Shown here in pieces: positions 1 through 14,235 of a stretch of 38,908 nt of DNA (its first letter is position 1; each line of letters begins with the position of its first letter). Source of the DNA: Tubiluchus corallicola (lineage: Eukaryota > Animalia > Priapulida); NCBI GenBank assembly GCA_030141605.1, contig JAQGDQ010001477.1, positions 1 to 38,908 of the forward strand. Direction: 5' to 3'. A program made the translations under genes and the position numbers. Below the pieces are notes generated by a model. It did not search any database. It worked only from the letters and a program-made list of their open reading frames with translations, and had not been told where the DNA came from.

Positions 1-1033
1 ACCCATAATGTCCTTTGAATCCTGTAACCGATCAAATGCTTGAAAAATTGACCAATCCCTTACTCCAATCTCTCAACCATCCAGTCATTAAAATGACCCA
101 TAATGTCCTTTGAATCCTGTAACCGATCAAATGCTTGAAAAACTGACCAATCCGTTACTACAATCTCTCAACCATCCAGTCATGAAAATGACCCATAATG
201 TCCGTTGAATCCTGTAACCGATCAAATGGTTGAAAAACTGACCAATCCCTTACTACAATCTCTCAACCATCCAGTCATGAAAATGACCCATAATGTCCTT
301 TGAATCCTGTAACCGATCAAATGCTTGAAAAACTGACCAATCCGTTACTACAATCTCTCAACCATCCAGTCATGAAAATGACCCATAATGTCCTTTGAAT
401 CCTGTAACCGATCAAATGCTTGAAAAACTGACCAATCCCTTACTACAATCTCTCAACCATCCAGTCATGAAAATGACCCATAATGTCCTTTGAATCCTGT
501 AACCGATCAAATGCTTGAAAAACTGACCAATCTCTTACTCCAATCTCTCAACCACCCAGTCATTAAAATGACCCATAATGTCCTTTGAATCCTGTAACCG
601 ATCAACTGCTTGAAAAACTGACCAATCCGTTACTACAATCTCTCAACCATCCAGTCATGAAAATGACCCATAATGTCCGTTGAATCCTGTAACCGATCAA
701 ATGGTTGAAAAACTGACCAATCCGTTACTACAATCTCTCAACCATCCAGTCATGAAAATGACCCATAATGTCCGTTGAATCCTGTAACCGATCAAATGGT
801 TGAAAAACTGACCAATCCCTTACTCTAATCTCTCAACCATCCATTCATGAAAATGACCCATAATGTCCTTTGAATCCTGTAACCGATCAAATGGTTGAAA
901 AACTGACCAATCCGTTGCTCCAATCTCTCTACCATCCAGTCATGAAAATGACCCATAATGTCCGTTGAATCCTGTAACCGATCAAATGGTTGAAAAACTG
1001 ACCAATCCGTTACACCAATCTCTCAACCATCCA
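1..1033. repeat. 95-bp tandem satellite, ~11 copies, truncated by window start
   Basis: Unit ACCCATAATGTCC...CATGAAAATG recurs at 1, 96, 191, 286 ... 951 with few substitutions and no indels. Confidence 0.97.
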
Positions 1034-2640
1034 CTGCTCGGTGCAACGAAACTTGACTCAATTACGCTGCATTTTGTAATAAACAGCAATTTTCCAGTGA
1101 ACAAGGTTTAACGGCTCGGCGGGGGATAAAAGTGCCTCTGTTCCGCCATGTTGACAATCTGCGTATCTCCAATCCAAGCGGCCAGGGGCAGAGGTAACAA
1201 ACCCGGGGGTTCCCACTTCTTTCATTGTCTTTCTTTGTTTGTCAAATTTTTGTTAGTTCCTTGCGGCATTGTTAGGTTGTTGTCTGATGGAATTATTCTG
1301 TTGATTAGTTTGCTCACCTATGATTAACACTCGACCACGTTTATAAATGACTGTAGTAGTTGCTTAATTACATTATGACTGATGCTGATAGCATCGGTAC
1401 TTGTCGGATGACCCCCAGGGGCGTATTAACCAATAGGATAACTAGGCTATAGCCTAGGGCATCAAAGTGTAAGGGGCACAATTTAGAAAAAAATCTTATT
1501 CTCTTCGTAAAACTTGTATACTTTCACATTCATGTAAAGGGCGTGTTATATAACACACCACAGGCAGTTACTTAACGCAGTTTTTATGTGTGCCACATAA
1601 CGGACAGGTGCAATTTACTACACAACAAGCACTTGTGCAGCCAGTATGAATATAAGCGCCATGCAAAAACATGTAATTAATAACGGCATTCTTATCTTTT
1701 ACAATGTCACCCAGAAAACCTGATCCACAGAACGAAAGTTTCATCTTTGATCTTCGGCTTGTGCGGCACCTGCAATGTTTTCCCAGTAGATGCTATGAGC
1801 ATGCGCAGTTGTATTAAGCATTGCGTATCGGAGAGACTGATAGTTTACGTTTTTACTGAAGCGGTTTCGCCACCTACAGATGTTACTATCAAACAAAAAG
1901 CAGCAAGTGTAACTTTAATACTTTTTGTCTAGGTTAGTGTGTTTTGTCTTCAAAAAGCTGGCTAGTGAGATAGAAAAATCAATAAGAACTGGTCTATAAA
2001 GAAGTCCTTTACAACTTAAAGTTTGTTCAAAATATCTGGCAAAGTGACTTGAGCACTCAGTTCTGCTTAAATTTTCGTATTTATAAACTTCCCAATAAGC
2101 GTCTGTTGACTTTTTGAATCAGGGCCCGAAGCTGTTTAGTAGTTCATTGTGGAGGAGGGACCTCCTTGAAGACAAGTGTTTACATACTGCCTTTGCTGGT
2201 TGTGTTTTATAAGCTGCTCGACGAAAACAAGCTTAAGAAGATTTCTCCTCTTGTGAGGCGGTTTCTCTCTTTAATTTGTTTGCAAGGGAAAGTAAATATT
2301 GAAAGCATGATGATAGGTTACCTTCATTCTCAGATTTTCAATGATCGTGTTTTTTCTGTTGTTTAAACTATCTTAACTAAGCCACTAGGCTATGCGGACA
2401 GTTATTTATGTTTAGCTGCATTATAGAGCCACTTTAATTACTTCTGTTACTATGAAGTGGTGTATATTTACTATTAAACTATGTCCTGTTTGTCTACCAG
2501 TCTTTATTAGTTACTTAAATCCACTTATAGTTTAGTCTCGCTGTGGGCCCTATTGCCAGTGATAATAACGCCAGTTTGACTGACTGTAAGTTAATATTGT
2601 CACTTTCCAGCATTGTTGTATTGTTGAAAGAAATGAGCGA

Positions 2641-3125
<485 letters not shown>

Positions 3126-3516
3126 GCAGGGACCAGACAGACAATCAGACAGATAGAGAGGAGGAGAAAACAGAGAGAGAGAGAGAGAAGAGATAGAAAG
3201 AAAAAGTGGACGAGAGTAAAATTGTTAATATTTGAATTATTTTTACTGATCGCGTTCTCAAAATGCTGAAATGACAATGTTGATAGTTGATCGTTGTTGT
3301 TGTTGTTGTTACTGGTCATTGTTGTTGTTACCGGTCAGTACGTCTACGAGCACTAACGTCCTCTAAATGCATGACCTCACCATCTATTAGAAATGCCAGC
3401 CATCCATTTAAATGATGATGACAGATATGACGATCATTTCCAGAGCTTCTAGGAGGGCATTTATACTCAAGAATTAGGGGTGGAATTAGAGGTGGCTCTA
3501 TGAATCTTTACAACCT

Positions 3517-4148
<632 letters not shown>

Positions 4149-4469
4149 CATTATTTGGTAAATAAATGCTCACAATTGTGGGGCTTAAAAAAGAAAATTC
4201 TGTAATCTTTACCGAACACAGGTTCTTTTGTTATCCGACATGTAGACTGATCGGCAATGCAAACAAGAGAACAGCTCTTGGTGGTTCAGGTATGACAGCT
4301 TATACCTGGAAGTAGGTCTAAATATGGTAGAAATCAATTTCCGATTGAGAAAATATGGAAGTTGTTCAACTTCTGAGGCAGAGAACCTACCAAGATAAAT
4401 GCACCAATAGAAAAAATAACCCAGTGAATTTTCATGTTGGTTATTAAATGTTTTTTACTTTCTATTTTT

Positions 4470-5285
4470 ATGAACGACGAATCAAATGAATAAACAAATG
4501 CACTGATGCATGAGCAGAGAAATAAGCAAACGAATGAAGTAATAAATGAACGAACGAATAAACAAATGAACGAATGAATAAACAAATTATCAAACAAAGA
4601 CATTTACTTAGAAACAAAGAAAAGTGGGTGAGAATATAAACCATGTGAAAGCTGGTGTTGATAATTAAAATGGGTTGATTAATGAATGAATGAATGAATG
4701 GGTGAATGAATAAATGAATGAACGAGTAAATGAATGAACGAACGAATAAGGAAATTATCAAAAAAAGAAATTTACTTAGAAACAAAGAAAAGTGGGTGAG
4801 AATATAAACCATGTGAAAGCTCGTGTTGATAATTAAAATGGATTAATGAGTGAATAAATGAATGGATGAATAAATGAATGAACAAGTGAATGAATGAATG
4901 AACGATTAAACAAATGAATGAACGAATAAACAAATTATCAGACAAAGAAATTTACTTAGAAACAAAGAAAAGTAGGTGAGAATATAAACCATGTGAAAGC
5001 TGGTGTTGATAATTAAAATGGATTGATTAATGAATGAATGAATGGATGGGTGGATGAATAAATGAATGAACGAGTAAATGAATGAACGAATGGGTGAATG
5101 AATGAACGAGTAAATGAATGAATGGGTGAATGAATGAATGAATGAACGAGTAAATGAATGAATAAATGAATGCGTGAATGAATGAACGAGTAAATGAATG
5201 AATGAATGAATGGGTGAATGAATAAATGAATGAACGAGTAAATGAATGAATGAACGATTAAACAAATGAATGAATGAATAAACAG
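4470..5285. repeat. degenerate (GAAT)n satellite with three copies of a ~90-bp block
   Basis: GAAT/GAAC runs; block AAATTATCA...TTTACTTAGAAACAAAGAAAAGT...GATAATTAAAATGG at about 4585, 4752 and 4933. Confidence 0.9.
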
Positions 5286-5534
5286 ACAAAAAGACTGGTC
5301 AAATGACAGAGATGCAAAAATATTAACGAAGAAATAGTCAAACTAAAAAAGAAAAGCTTTAAAAATTCATTACAAAGACTACAGATGATTCACTATTTTT
5401 AGCTTAGGAATTGCTCACAGTGAAGTAACAATTTCATTGTACTTAATAATCTTGTAAGAATTTAAAGCAAATTTGCTATTACTCTGAAAACTAAATTTAT
5501 TGTGCTCTGGAATTTTTTACCTTGCTAGTTCTGG

Positions 5535-5661
5535 AGACGCCTAATTGTGAGTCGTGGCGACGCCCTAATTGCCAATCCTGGCAACGCCTTTATTGTCACA
5601 ATAGTGACTCCCTGATTGTGAGTCGTGGCGACGCCCTAATTGCGAATCCTGGCGACGCCCT
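5535..5661. repeat. short degenerate ~23-bp tandem repeat
   Basis: GGCGACGCCCTAATTG(C/T)GA-like unit repeated about 5 times. Confidence 0.75.
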
Positions 5662-6344
5662 CAGTCAATTTTTAATCATAACTTAATGAGTTAATAAGCA
5701 CTAGATGAAGGTTAAGAAACGTGTAAGTTACTAGTGCAAGCACGTAGCAAAGATAAACAATCAGACAAGGCGACTGTTGTCTACCCACAATGCTGTGGTA
5801 ATAAAGCCAAACTGAATTAGCTCTTCGTAACCGGAATAAAGTCAAGCTGAACCCGTCACTTTCTTAGCGGCATTTGTAAGAACTTTACAATCTGCTTATC
5901 CACACCAATTGTGGCAAAAATAGATCGTTGTGAGGGTTCTGGTTTTTAAGCAGAGAAAAGTAAACCGTGACTTTGTGAATAAACTGCTAGAAGGTGCTAG
6001 CTTAGTATAGTAACATTATGGGAAGTGCTCGCACATTATTGATCATCAGTGGGTGAACAGTGGACGTACTTGCATGCTATCGGAAATGCACAGAGCACTG
6101 GTTTAGTTTTATCTCTATTTCCGAAGGGTAATAAAATTGATACAATTAAAATAATTTTTTTCGTTTTCCTATTATATTCGCCTGGATGCATTCATTTTAA
6201 ACTGCATTAATATGACATTGATAGGAGAAAATGCTTTTTCATTTTAAAACATTTTTATTCACATGTCGATCGATGTCATTATTGAGCAAAGAATTTTTTT
6301 GTTTGCCAAAATACTTTTGCATTGTTGCTTAGCAGATACTGGTA

Positions 6345-7275
6345 ATACATTTAGATACATATAGATGTCGTGATGACATGGTTTCATACATTTAGATACT
6401 GTGCTGATAGGTTTCAGTACATTTAGTGACTGTCATAATACATTTAGCTACTGTGATGATACGCTTAGATACATTTACATAGTGTGATGATATGTTTAGA
6501 TACATTTACGTTCTGTGCTGATACACTTAGATACATTTAGAGATTGTGATAGTATGTTCAGCTATTGTGATGGTACCTTTAGTTACATTTAGATACATTC
6601 AGGGACTGTGATAATAGATTTAGATACATTTACATTCTGCGATGATACGTTCAGATACATTTAGAGACTGTGACAATACGTTTAGATACATTTACATTCT
6701 GCGATGATACGTTCAGATACATTTAGAGACTGTGACAATACGTTTAGATACATTTACATTCTGCGATGATACGTTCAGATACATTTAGAGACTGTGACAA
6801 TACGTTTAGATACATTTACATTCTGCGATGATACGTTCAGATACATTTAGAGACTTGACAATACGTTTAGATACATTTACATTCTGCGATGATACGTTCA
6901 GATACATTTAGAGACTGTGACAATACGTTTAGATACATTTACATTCTGCGATGATACGTTCAGATACATTTAGAGACTTGACAATACGTTTAGATACATT
7001 TACATTCTGCGATGATACGTTCAGATACATTTAGAGACTGTGATGATACGTTTAGATACATTTACATTCTACGATGATACGTTTAGATACATTTAGAGAC
7101 TGTGGTAGTATGTTCAGCTATTGTGATGATACCTTTAGTTACATTTAGATACATTCAGGGATTGTGATAATACGCTTAGATACATTTACATTCTGCGATG
7201 ATACGTTTGGATACATTTAGAGATTGTGTTAGTATGCTTAGCTACTGTTTAGATGCTTTTAGATACATTTAGATA
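6345..7275. repeat. 62-bp tandem repeat (dimer of 31-bp subunits) with degenerate flanks
   Basis: Unit GATACATTTACATTCTGCGATGATACGTTCA-GATACATTTAGAGACTGTGACAATACGTTTA; homogeneous about 6620-7100, decayed on both sides. Confidence 0.93.
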
Positions 7276-7953
7276 GTGAAGTGATACAGTTGGAAACAGT
7301 TTTTTCGTCGAACTTTCTTTTTACAAAAATATCCAGAAAGTTCACTAAACAATTATTTTTATTATTACTTTTTAATCAACTACGTTGACAAGAAGTTTGA
7401 AACGAGTGCATTTGATCTAACTGCTGATAACTTGCCCTTGTTCCCAACATTATTAATTTGTATAAACAACCTGAAAAAGAAATTGCAAAATATCTTTAAG
7501 TTTCAATAGATTTTTATCTTTAGTTCAAGCTTCTCTTCGGTAGGTGGCGGCATGTATGATAAAATTAGAAAACACAAAACAGTTATGGCGAAAGAAATTG
7601 TTCGTTTAGTAAAGCTACGTCCACACTGTAGACACGTACTGCCCAATAGTTCGAATATTTAACTTGCAGTTTTTTTAAAGTTTTCAGTTTTTGCGATCAT
7701 AATGCGATAACGCTTGATTAAAATTTCCACTTAACCCTTTACCGTTTTTCAAATCATGCTGAAATTGATGCAAAAACTGAAATCTGTCAGCGTTAAATTT
7801 AATTAATTGACGGGATCGTACGAGAAATGTCAGGAATTCGGGAAAATTCACTGCTGATAGGAACTTAGCAGGATAGAGAAATGAAAAGTTCTAATCTGGA
7901 AAACGTAGGTCTAAATATTAGACATATTATGTGTGCTATGTGGGTGTTATTGG

Positions 7954-8387
7954 CTGGGGCGTAGCCAGGTTTTGAAATTGGGGGGAGCAAGCATATAAAA
8001 AGGGCGTCACACATGCCACACAATTTTTAATGCATTTATTATAGATTTTACTTGTGTGTTTAAAATCAGAACACGAGGAGGATGCAGTTTCTTAAAGGAA
8101 GTACATAGTTGTTATTTCGTACATAAAAATAAGAAATAAAAAAGTTTTATAGTAAGCTTTTAAATTTCGAAACTTGATAGAAACGTTGTTACTTAATTTC
8201 AAATGTAAAATGCAAATTTATAGCAAGTTAGTAAATTTCAAAACTTGATAAGAACGTGTGTGTTACTTAAATTTTAAATGTAAACAAAATGAAAGAGTTT
8301 CGATGCTGCTGTTGAAAAAGTGACACTTTTGAAAAATGTGGTGGGGGAGCAGTCGCTTCCTCTGCTCCCCTGTTAGCTACGCCACCG
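7954..8387. mobile_element. hAT-type MITE
   Basis: Imperfect TIRs CTGGGGCGTAGC / GCTACGCCACCG; exact 8-bp TSD GTTATTGG at 7946-7953 and 8388-8395. Confidence 0.88.
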
Positions 8388-8597
8388 GTTATTGGTGTTA
8401 CTTGTTTGAACATGTAATGTGTAAGCTTGCAAGCTTCACTGTGTAAAAATAATGAAAGAAAAACGAATCTCCTTCAAACAGCCAATCAGTGATCTGCAAA
8501 TTAACAGGTTTTTCAAATGTTTTGAAGAATTTTATTTTATTTTCTGTGCAGTTTTGCAGAACCGGCGTTGACCAGTAAAAACACGTGCCTCCATACC

Positions 8598-8921
8598 TCA
8601 TCCGGTTTATTCGATTTAGATGCAAAAATTATGGATGTGGCTATGCACTCATCCGGTTTATTGGATTTAGATGCAAAAATTATGGATGTGGCTATGCAGT
8701 CATCCGGTTTATTCGATTTAGATGCAAAAATTATGGATGTGGCTATGCATTCATCCGGTTTATTCGATTTAGATGCAAAAATTATGGATGTGGCTATGCA
8801 TTCATCCGGTTTATTCGATTTAGATGCAAAAATTATGGATGTGGCTATGCATTTATCCGGTTTATCTAATTTAGATGCAAAAATTATGGATGTGGCTATG
8901 TATTCATCCGGTTTATTCGAT
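8598..8921. repeat. 51-bp minisatellite, ~6.3 copies
   Basis: TCATCCGGTTTATTCGATTTAGATGCAAAAATTATGGATGTGGCTATGCA(C/T) at 8598, 8649, 8700 and onward. Confidence 0.95.
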
Positions 8922-9725
8922 GAGGTAGCAAGATCGACTACATCAGAAACACATACAGTCCAGACGCCTGACTATGAGACGCGTTTATCTGTTTTTATTC
9001 GTTATTTCGTCTGAGCTTTGACCCTGTAAACAGCTCTAATCTATCTTTCATCTTGAACGTCTCATATGCTGGTCACTTTCTCTCTACGGTAACATTATAA
9101 TATCCGGGACAGGTTGAAGGGTTGTGTATATATAAACATCGTAAGTAGAGCTTTCAAAATTAATAAGTGTAATATTGCTAGTAGTGGGTCTGCATGAGTG
9201 ACATCATCGTTCTCAATTGAAAATAAGTGATTTGATAGAAGCTTCGAAACGTCAGAGGTATTTTGATTTGAAATTGCAATTAAACCAGTGTGACGTAATG
9301 TATAGACGTCACTTTTTTTCATTTGTGACGTGTCTGTTTCTTAAGTTGTTCAAAACAACAGTAATGGTTCTCTCAAAAATTTCTTTGATTCTTTGGAGTG
9401 AACATCAAGGCGCTGGATATACATACAAACCCTTTTCTGGATACGCTACAAGGTTATTTCAGACGGTGCGCCCCAAATGCTAGATTATTGTGTTTTGTTG
9501 TTATTAACGAAAAGTGAACAGCACTGCAGTTAGATCATTGTAGTTCATTCATACCAATCTTTCTCTGTAATTCCTGTGTTTTCAATACTGTAATTTTCGT
9601 CGGTTGGATGCATTTTCTATAACATTGCTGAAGCTCAGAGGATTGTGATTTAACGATGGTACCAGTGTTATTCACACACCGTGTATACTTTCTGGTAGAA
9701 ATTTATTTAACATGTCTTTATATGC

Positions 9726-10357
9726 TTCTTCTTCTTCTTCTTCTTCTTCTTCTTCTTCTTCTTCTTCTTCTTCTTCTTCTTCCCAGCTTTTCCCTGTGCG
9801 GGGTCGCCGTTGTGAATGAATCTTCCCCATGCATTCCTGTTGTTGACCATCTCTTCATTTATGTTCTTCTCTTTAAGGTCTCCATTAATACATTCAGTGC
9901 ATCTCCACTTGGGTCGTCCTCTTCTTCTATTTCCCAGCACTTCCATTTCCATGACCTCCCTTCCCACATGATCTTCACCGACTCTTCTTTTCAGGTGTCA
10001 ATACCATCGCAATCTTGCGAGGCTTCCACTACTTTTACTGTTCCTCTGATATTATTATTTCTAATTTTATCTCTTCTTGTTATTCCCACCATCCATCTCA
10101 ACATCTTCATCTCCACCACACTCATTTTCTTCTCTTCGGTCTTCTTTAGAGAAGCTGCTTCCAGCCCATAGATTAGAGCGGGTCTGACCACTTCTTTGTG
10201 GACTTTACCTTTAAGTCTCACCGACTCATTCATAGAAGGTTTTGGCGCTGTTTTTACAGGCGGATGCCCTTCCTGACCCTAACCCTCCCTATTTATCCGG
10301 CTTTGGGACCGGCACTGAATTGGGCTGGCTTGCCCCCCCCCTCCCAGTGGCTAGGTT
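9726..10357 (-). mobile_element. non-autonomous, internally deleted RTE-clade LINE derivative (5' UTR joined to ORF 3' end plus (AAG)n tail)
   Basis: Minus-strand translation RLKGKVHKEVVRPALIYGLE...EMKMLRWMVGITRRDKIRN / ARLRWY*HLKRR...GNRRRGRPKWR is the typical RTE ORF C-terminus, with a frameshift and a stop. (AAG)n tail at 9726-9782. TSD TTAACA(T/A)GTCTTTATATGC at 9707-9725 and 10356-10374. Confidence 0.92.
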
Positions 10358-10358
10358 A
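10277..10358 (-). ncRNA. twister self-cleaving ribozyme (P1-type; 5' strand of P1 missing) at the RTE 5' end
   Basis: Minus strand reads U|AA CCU A GC C ACUG-[hairpin]-CAGU G CCGG UCCCAAAG CCGG AUAAAU AGG GAGGG UUAGGG. This is collinear with the Oryza sativa twister core as I recall it (UAA CAC UGCC..GCCGGUCCCAAGCCCGGAUAAAAGUG GAGGG). P2 CCU/AGG, P3 ACUG/CAGU, P4 CCGG/CCGG, pseudoknot CCC/GGG. Confidence 0.85.
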
Positions 10359-11338
10359 ACAAGTCTTTATATGCTTAATTACTTTAAATCAGCAGTACGA
10401 GTGTACTTTGAGACATCAACCACTCCCTCATCAGTTCCAAAGTGCTGATGAAGTCTGTTTCATACCCATCTGTGTATGTTTCTTAAAAGAAGACAGGATG
10501 ATTTTTCATGTGTTAACCCATTTTCAAATCCGATAAAAAGTATACATTGTAACACAATTAGTACAGCTAAAGCGTTTCTGATAATTAGATAATAGATTAA
10601 AATCTTAATTAACGGTGGGTGAGCCCAACTATTGATGACATCACAAGCTAACATAATTTTCAATAACAAAAATATTCCAAGAGCGTGTTGCACGTGTTTG
10701 CGAAATCGAAAATCGAAGTACAGTGCTACTGTAAGGTACTCAGTGTGTTGCACTAAACTAGGCAAGTTTTAAGATTTTTTATTTCAAATTTAATGCTGTG
10801 TTCACACATGAGTAGTCGAACATGTATAGTACGTCAGAAACGAACACTTCTAAACCGAGAGTTACAGCATCTGTTTTTTCGTATAATGCGTTTCCGAAAT
10901 GCAGGTGCTAGTGCCCGTTTAACTATCAATGCAAAATGCAGGTAACAGCAAAGAACTAGCGACGCGAACGTGAAATTGTGTTTGTGTGGTAATAATTTCT
11001 TGACGTAAGTCATTTTTGAAAAAAAATAGTATGTTTCCTTGCAATATGATAAAGAGTAGATTCTTTTGACCTACAATTTAAGATTGTGTCCTGTTTTGCT
11101 TTAATTCTCACAACATGCAGTAAGAATGTCCATCTATCACTTAACAGCAAAAGCGTATTGAGCCATTACGATTAGCTCAGTCTACTGTACATGTTTGCAT
11201 ACATGTTTATCATCGCAATCTTCTCATCAATAGCAGCTTATCGCTGATGAGGTGGTCAATATTTTAAGACGGCCGGTTGCGTTGTGTATTTACAAAATGT
11301 CGTGCCTTTGTGGCAGAGAAAAACATGAAAGAAAGCTT

Positions 11339-11482
<144 letters not shown>

Positions 11483-12100
11483 GTCACATTAAAATGTCGA
11501 ATAAAGTAACAGCTAATGTATTTTCTTAAAGTAGCTGTTCTTTACATTATTGATAATCAAGGTGATACATTTAAGTGTTTGTCCTACTAAATAATGAGCT
11601 TTTGTTCCACAAATGGATTCCGTCCATCCTTGTCAGGATTTGTGTCGGAAAGTTTGTCGGTATAAAACAAAGACTGATTTATTTACCTGTCACGCCCAAT
11701 TCATCATTAACACTTTGGCGTGTTTGTTTTGAAGCTTTGTGGTCCAAACAGGAACAGTACAAAAACACATCCTTGTGGTACGCCTGATGTCTAGACGACA
11801 TTCTGACGTTGCTTTTCAGAATTATTGTGCAGTTACTGTGTTATGTGTATGCACTTTATCAAGGTATAGGTGCAGGCGCATTGGCTGTAGATCAAAGTTT
11901 TTATGGCTCCAGGCAAGTGAGATGCCCTGCAGGCCGCTCCTAGTAAATCCAAGATTGGTTTTCCCGCGAGGTTTCCTAACTTTCACTTCAAGAGTAACCA
12001 ACAAGTTTTTCGTGTACAAAGAGTACATTTATATGACGTGTAAATTCTACAAGTGCTTGTAGCGTATTAGTAGCAGTTCTACAATCTTGCTGTTTACTTG

Positions 12101-12322
12101 TATGGCGATTATATGTTAATTGTACGCAACTGTTTGTGGTGTACTATCGTTCATGTCTTTATCGTGCAATATATAAGAATTTTTTGTGTGCAAGAAGCGC
12201 GAGCTGCACTTGCATGGCAATTATATGTTAGTTGTATGCAACTGTTTGTGGTGTACTATCGTTCATGTCTTTATCGTGCAATGTATAAGAATTTTTGTGT
12301 GCAAGAAACACGATCTGCACTT
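12101..12322. repeat. ~112-bp tandem duplication (2 copies)
   Basis: ATGGC(G/A)ATTATATGTTA...GCAACTGTTTGTGGTGTACTATCGTTCATGTCTTTATCGTGCAAT...CTGCACTT occurs twice. Confidence 0.9.
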
Positions 12323-12944
12323 CTAACTCTATTAAATAATGCAACAAATTTGCATAGTGCCTTATAGTTCGCATTAACTAGATAATTTAGTTCCAATAAG
12401 TTTGAAACTTGAATATCCTTGGCTCTTCTGTTACAGAAATATTGTAAGCACATTGTAGCTGCAAAATATTTGTTGTATGCTAAGAAATTTTTATCCTGTA
12501 AAGTTGCCTAGAAACACATGAAATTAATGGGATTAGGCGTTTTCATTACGTTTCTGTCCGAAAGGTCACATTTATGTGTGACTGAGGCATGTGACGTCCC
12601 CTTCCCTAACGTATTAAGCACGTGCTAATTTCCTTTTCGTCCTTTTCTCATTTGTAATTATCAAATCTTAAACGCTTTTTTGAGACGGTTGAAATGCAAA
12701 GAAGCACGTGACACCATTACTGCATGGTACCTGCCTCTTAATACTAATCAATTTGATTTTATGATCAATTTCCCGGTGGCTTCTTATGACGCGTATCGTC
12801 TGTATGGGAAGCTGTACCAGTCGCCAGCTGCACCTCATTCAGGCTGGTTGGTAGTGAATGAATGAATGCCTCAGATTGGAAGATTGAAAAAAGAAAGAAA
12901 AGAAAGAAGGAAAGGGCGACTGAGTGAGTGAGGTACTGTATGAG

Positions 12945-13365
12945 CGAATGAATGAATGAACGAATGAATGGATGAGTGAATGAATGAACGAATGAACGAG
13001 CGAATGAATGAATGAATAGGTGAATGAATGAATGAATGAACGAATGAGTGAATGAATGAATGAACGAGCGAACGAATGAACGAATGAATGAATGAATGAA
13101 TAACTTAACGAACGAATGAATACGTGAATGAATGAACGAAAGAATAAGTGAATGAATAAATGAATTGATGAATGAATGAACGAATGAATGAATAAATGAA
13201 TGAATGAATGAATGAATGAATGAAAGAATGAACTAATGAATGAATGAATGAATGAATGAATAAATGAATGAATGAATGAATGAATGAATGACTAAATGAA
13301 TTAATTAATGAATTAATAAATAAATGAATGAGTGAATGAATGAATGATTGTAAGAATGGATGAAT
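12945..13365. repeat. (GAAT)n microsatellite
   Basis: Directly visible, with GAAC/GAGT variants. Confidence 0.97.
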
Positions 13366-14235
13366 AAATGAAGATTAAAAAATAAACAAATATTATTTTT
13401 TATTTGTATAGATTAAAAATTGTAATATATTTATAGATATATATGTATATTCACTAAAACTTTAAACAGGTTTGTAAAATCTAATATAAAGATTTCAAAA
13501 AATAATTCTCAAAATAAATATTATGCAGGCCCATAATGAGGTGAACTATGAAAATCTTAGGCTATTATATTAGACACAGTACACTTACGAAAGTACACAG
13601 TTTTTTAAAGTTTGTTTACATCATTCATTTCATGATTCACTGGAGTAACTCAGTTTTACGAAACAAATAAAAACTAGCATTATGTATAATGCATCAATAT
13701 GGTTATTGACATGTATCACATGACACAATCAACATGTATGAATCATGATCGCAACTTTGTGGATTGTTTGTCTGTGGCTGTTTAGTTGTTTATTGTTTAT
13801 TTTATTTTTATAATTCATGGTTCTTAGGTGGAACAAGTGATAGTTGCCTCCCATATATAAACAAGAAAAACAATCATTTTATTAGCCAAAAATTAAAATT
13901 AAGCCTGTTTTGTATTTTTACTTGGAACATTATTATGGCTAAAAGGAATACTAGCCATTGGTCAGTATAAATTTACCATTGATGATTTGAGTGGTTCATT
14001 TTCTTATGTCTTGTGCGTTTACCTGGTTTTTACGAGTCATAAAGTCATAAAATTTATTTGAGCATTTTACCTCCGGCTGTGTGCTAAGATGTCGTCTAGA
14101 AATTATTTAGTATAATTTATTTTAGAAGTTTCTGTTTATTTTCGCGTGGCGCCCTCTGTTTTCCTCAACTAACACTAATGGATTAATGAACAATTATTTT
14201 AACAGTTCAAGCGATTGATGATGATACATGTAATG

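Noticed and set aside
1-1033. CRISPR-like regular array (also considered for the 51-, 61- and 62-bp arrays)
   Set aside because: The units repeat in full with no unique spacers, there are no cas genes, and the context is eukaryotic.
8568-9014. ORF with a 17-aa repeat (SSGLFDLDAKIMDVAMH)
   Set aside because: Translation of a 51-bp minisatellite, open in two frames, with no splice or domain support.
10428-10465. CTGATGA hammerhead core candidate (also at 11244, 34505, 34909)
   Set aside because: No stem II followed by GAAA and no closing stems; at 10428 it is only a TCATCAG/CTGATGA inverted repeat.
11746-11790. Minus-strand TSGVPQGCVFVLFLF resembling the LINE RT GVPQG motif
   Set aside because: Only 15 codons with no flanking RT motifs, so it cannot be distinguished from chance.
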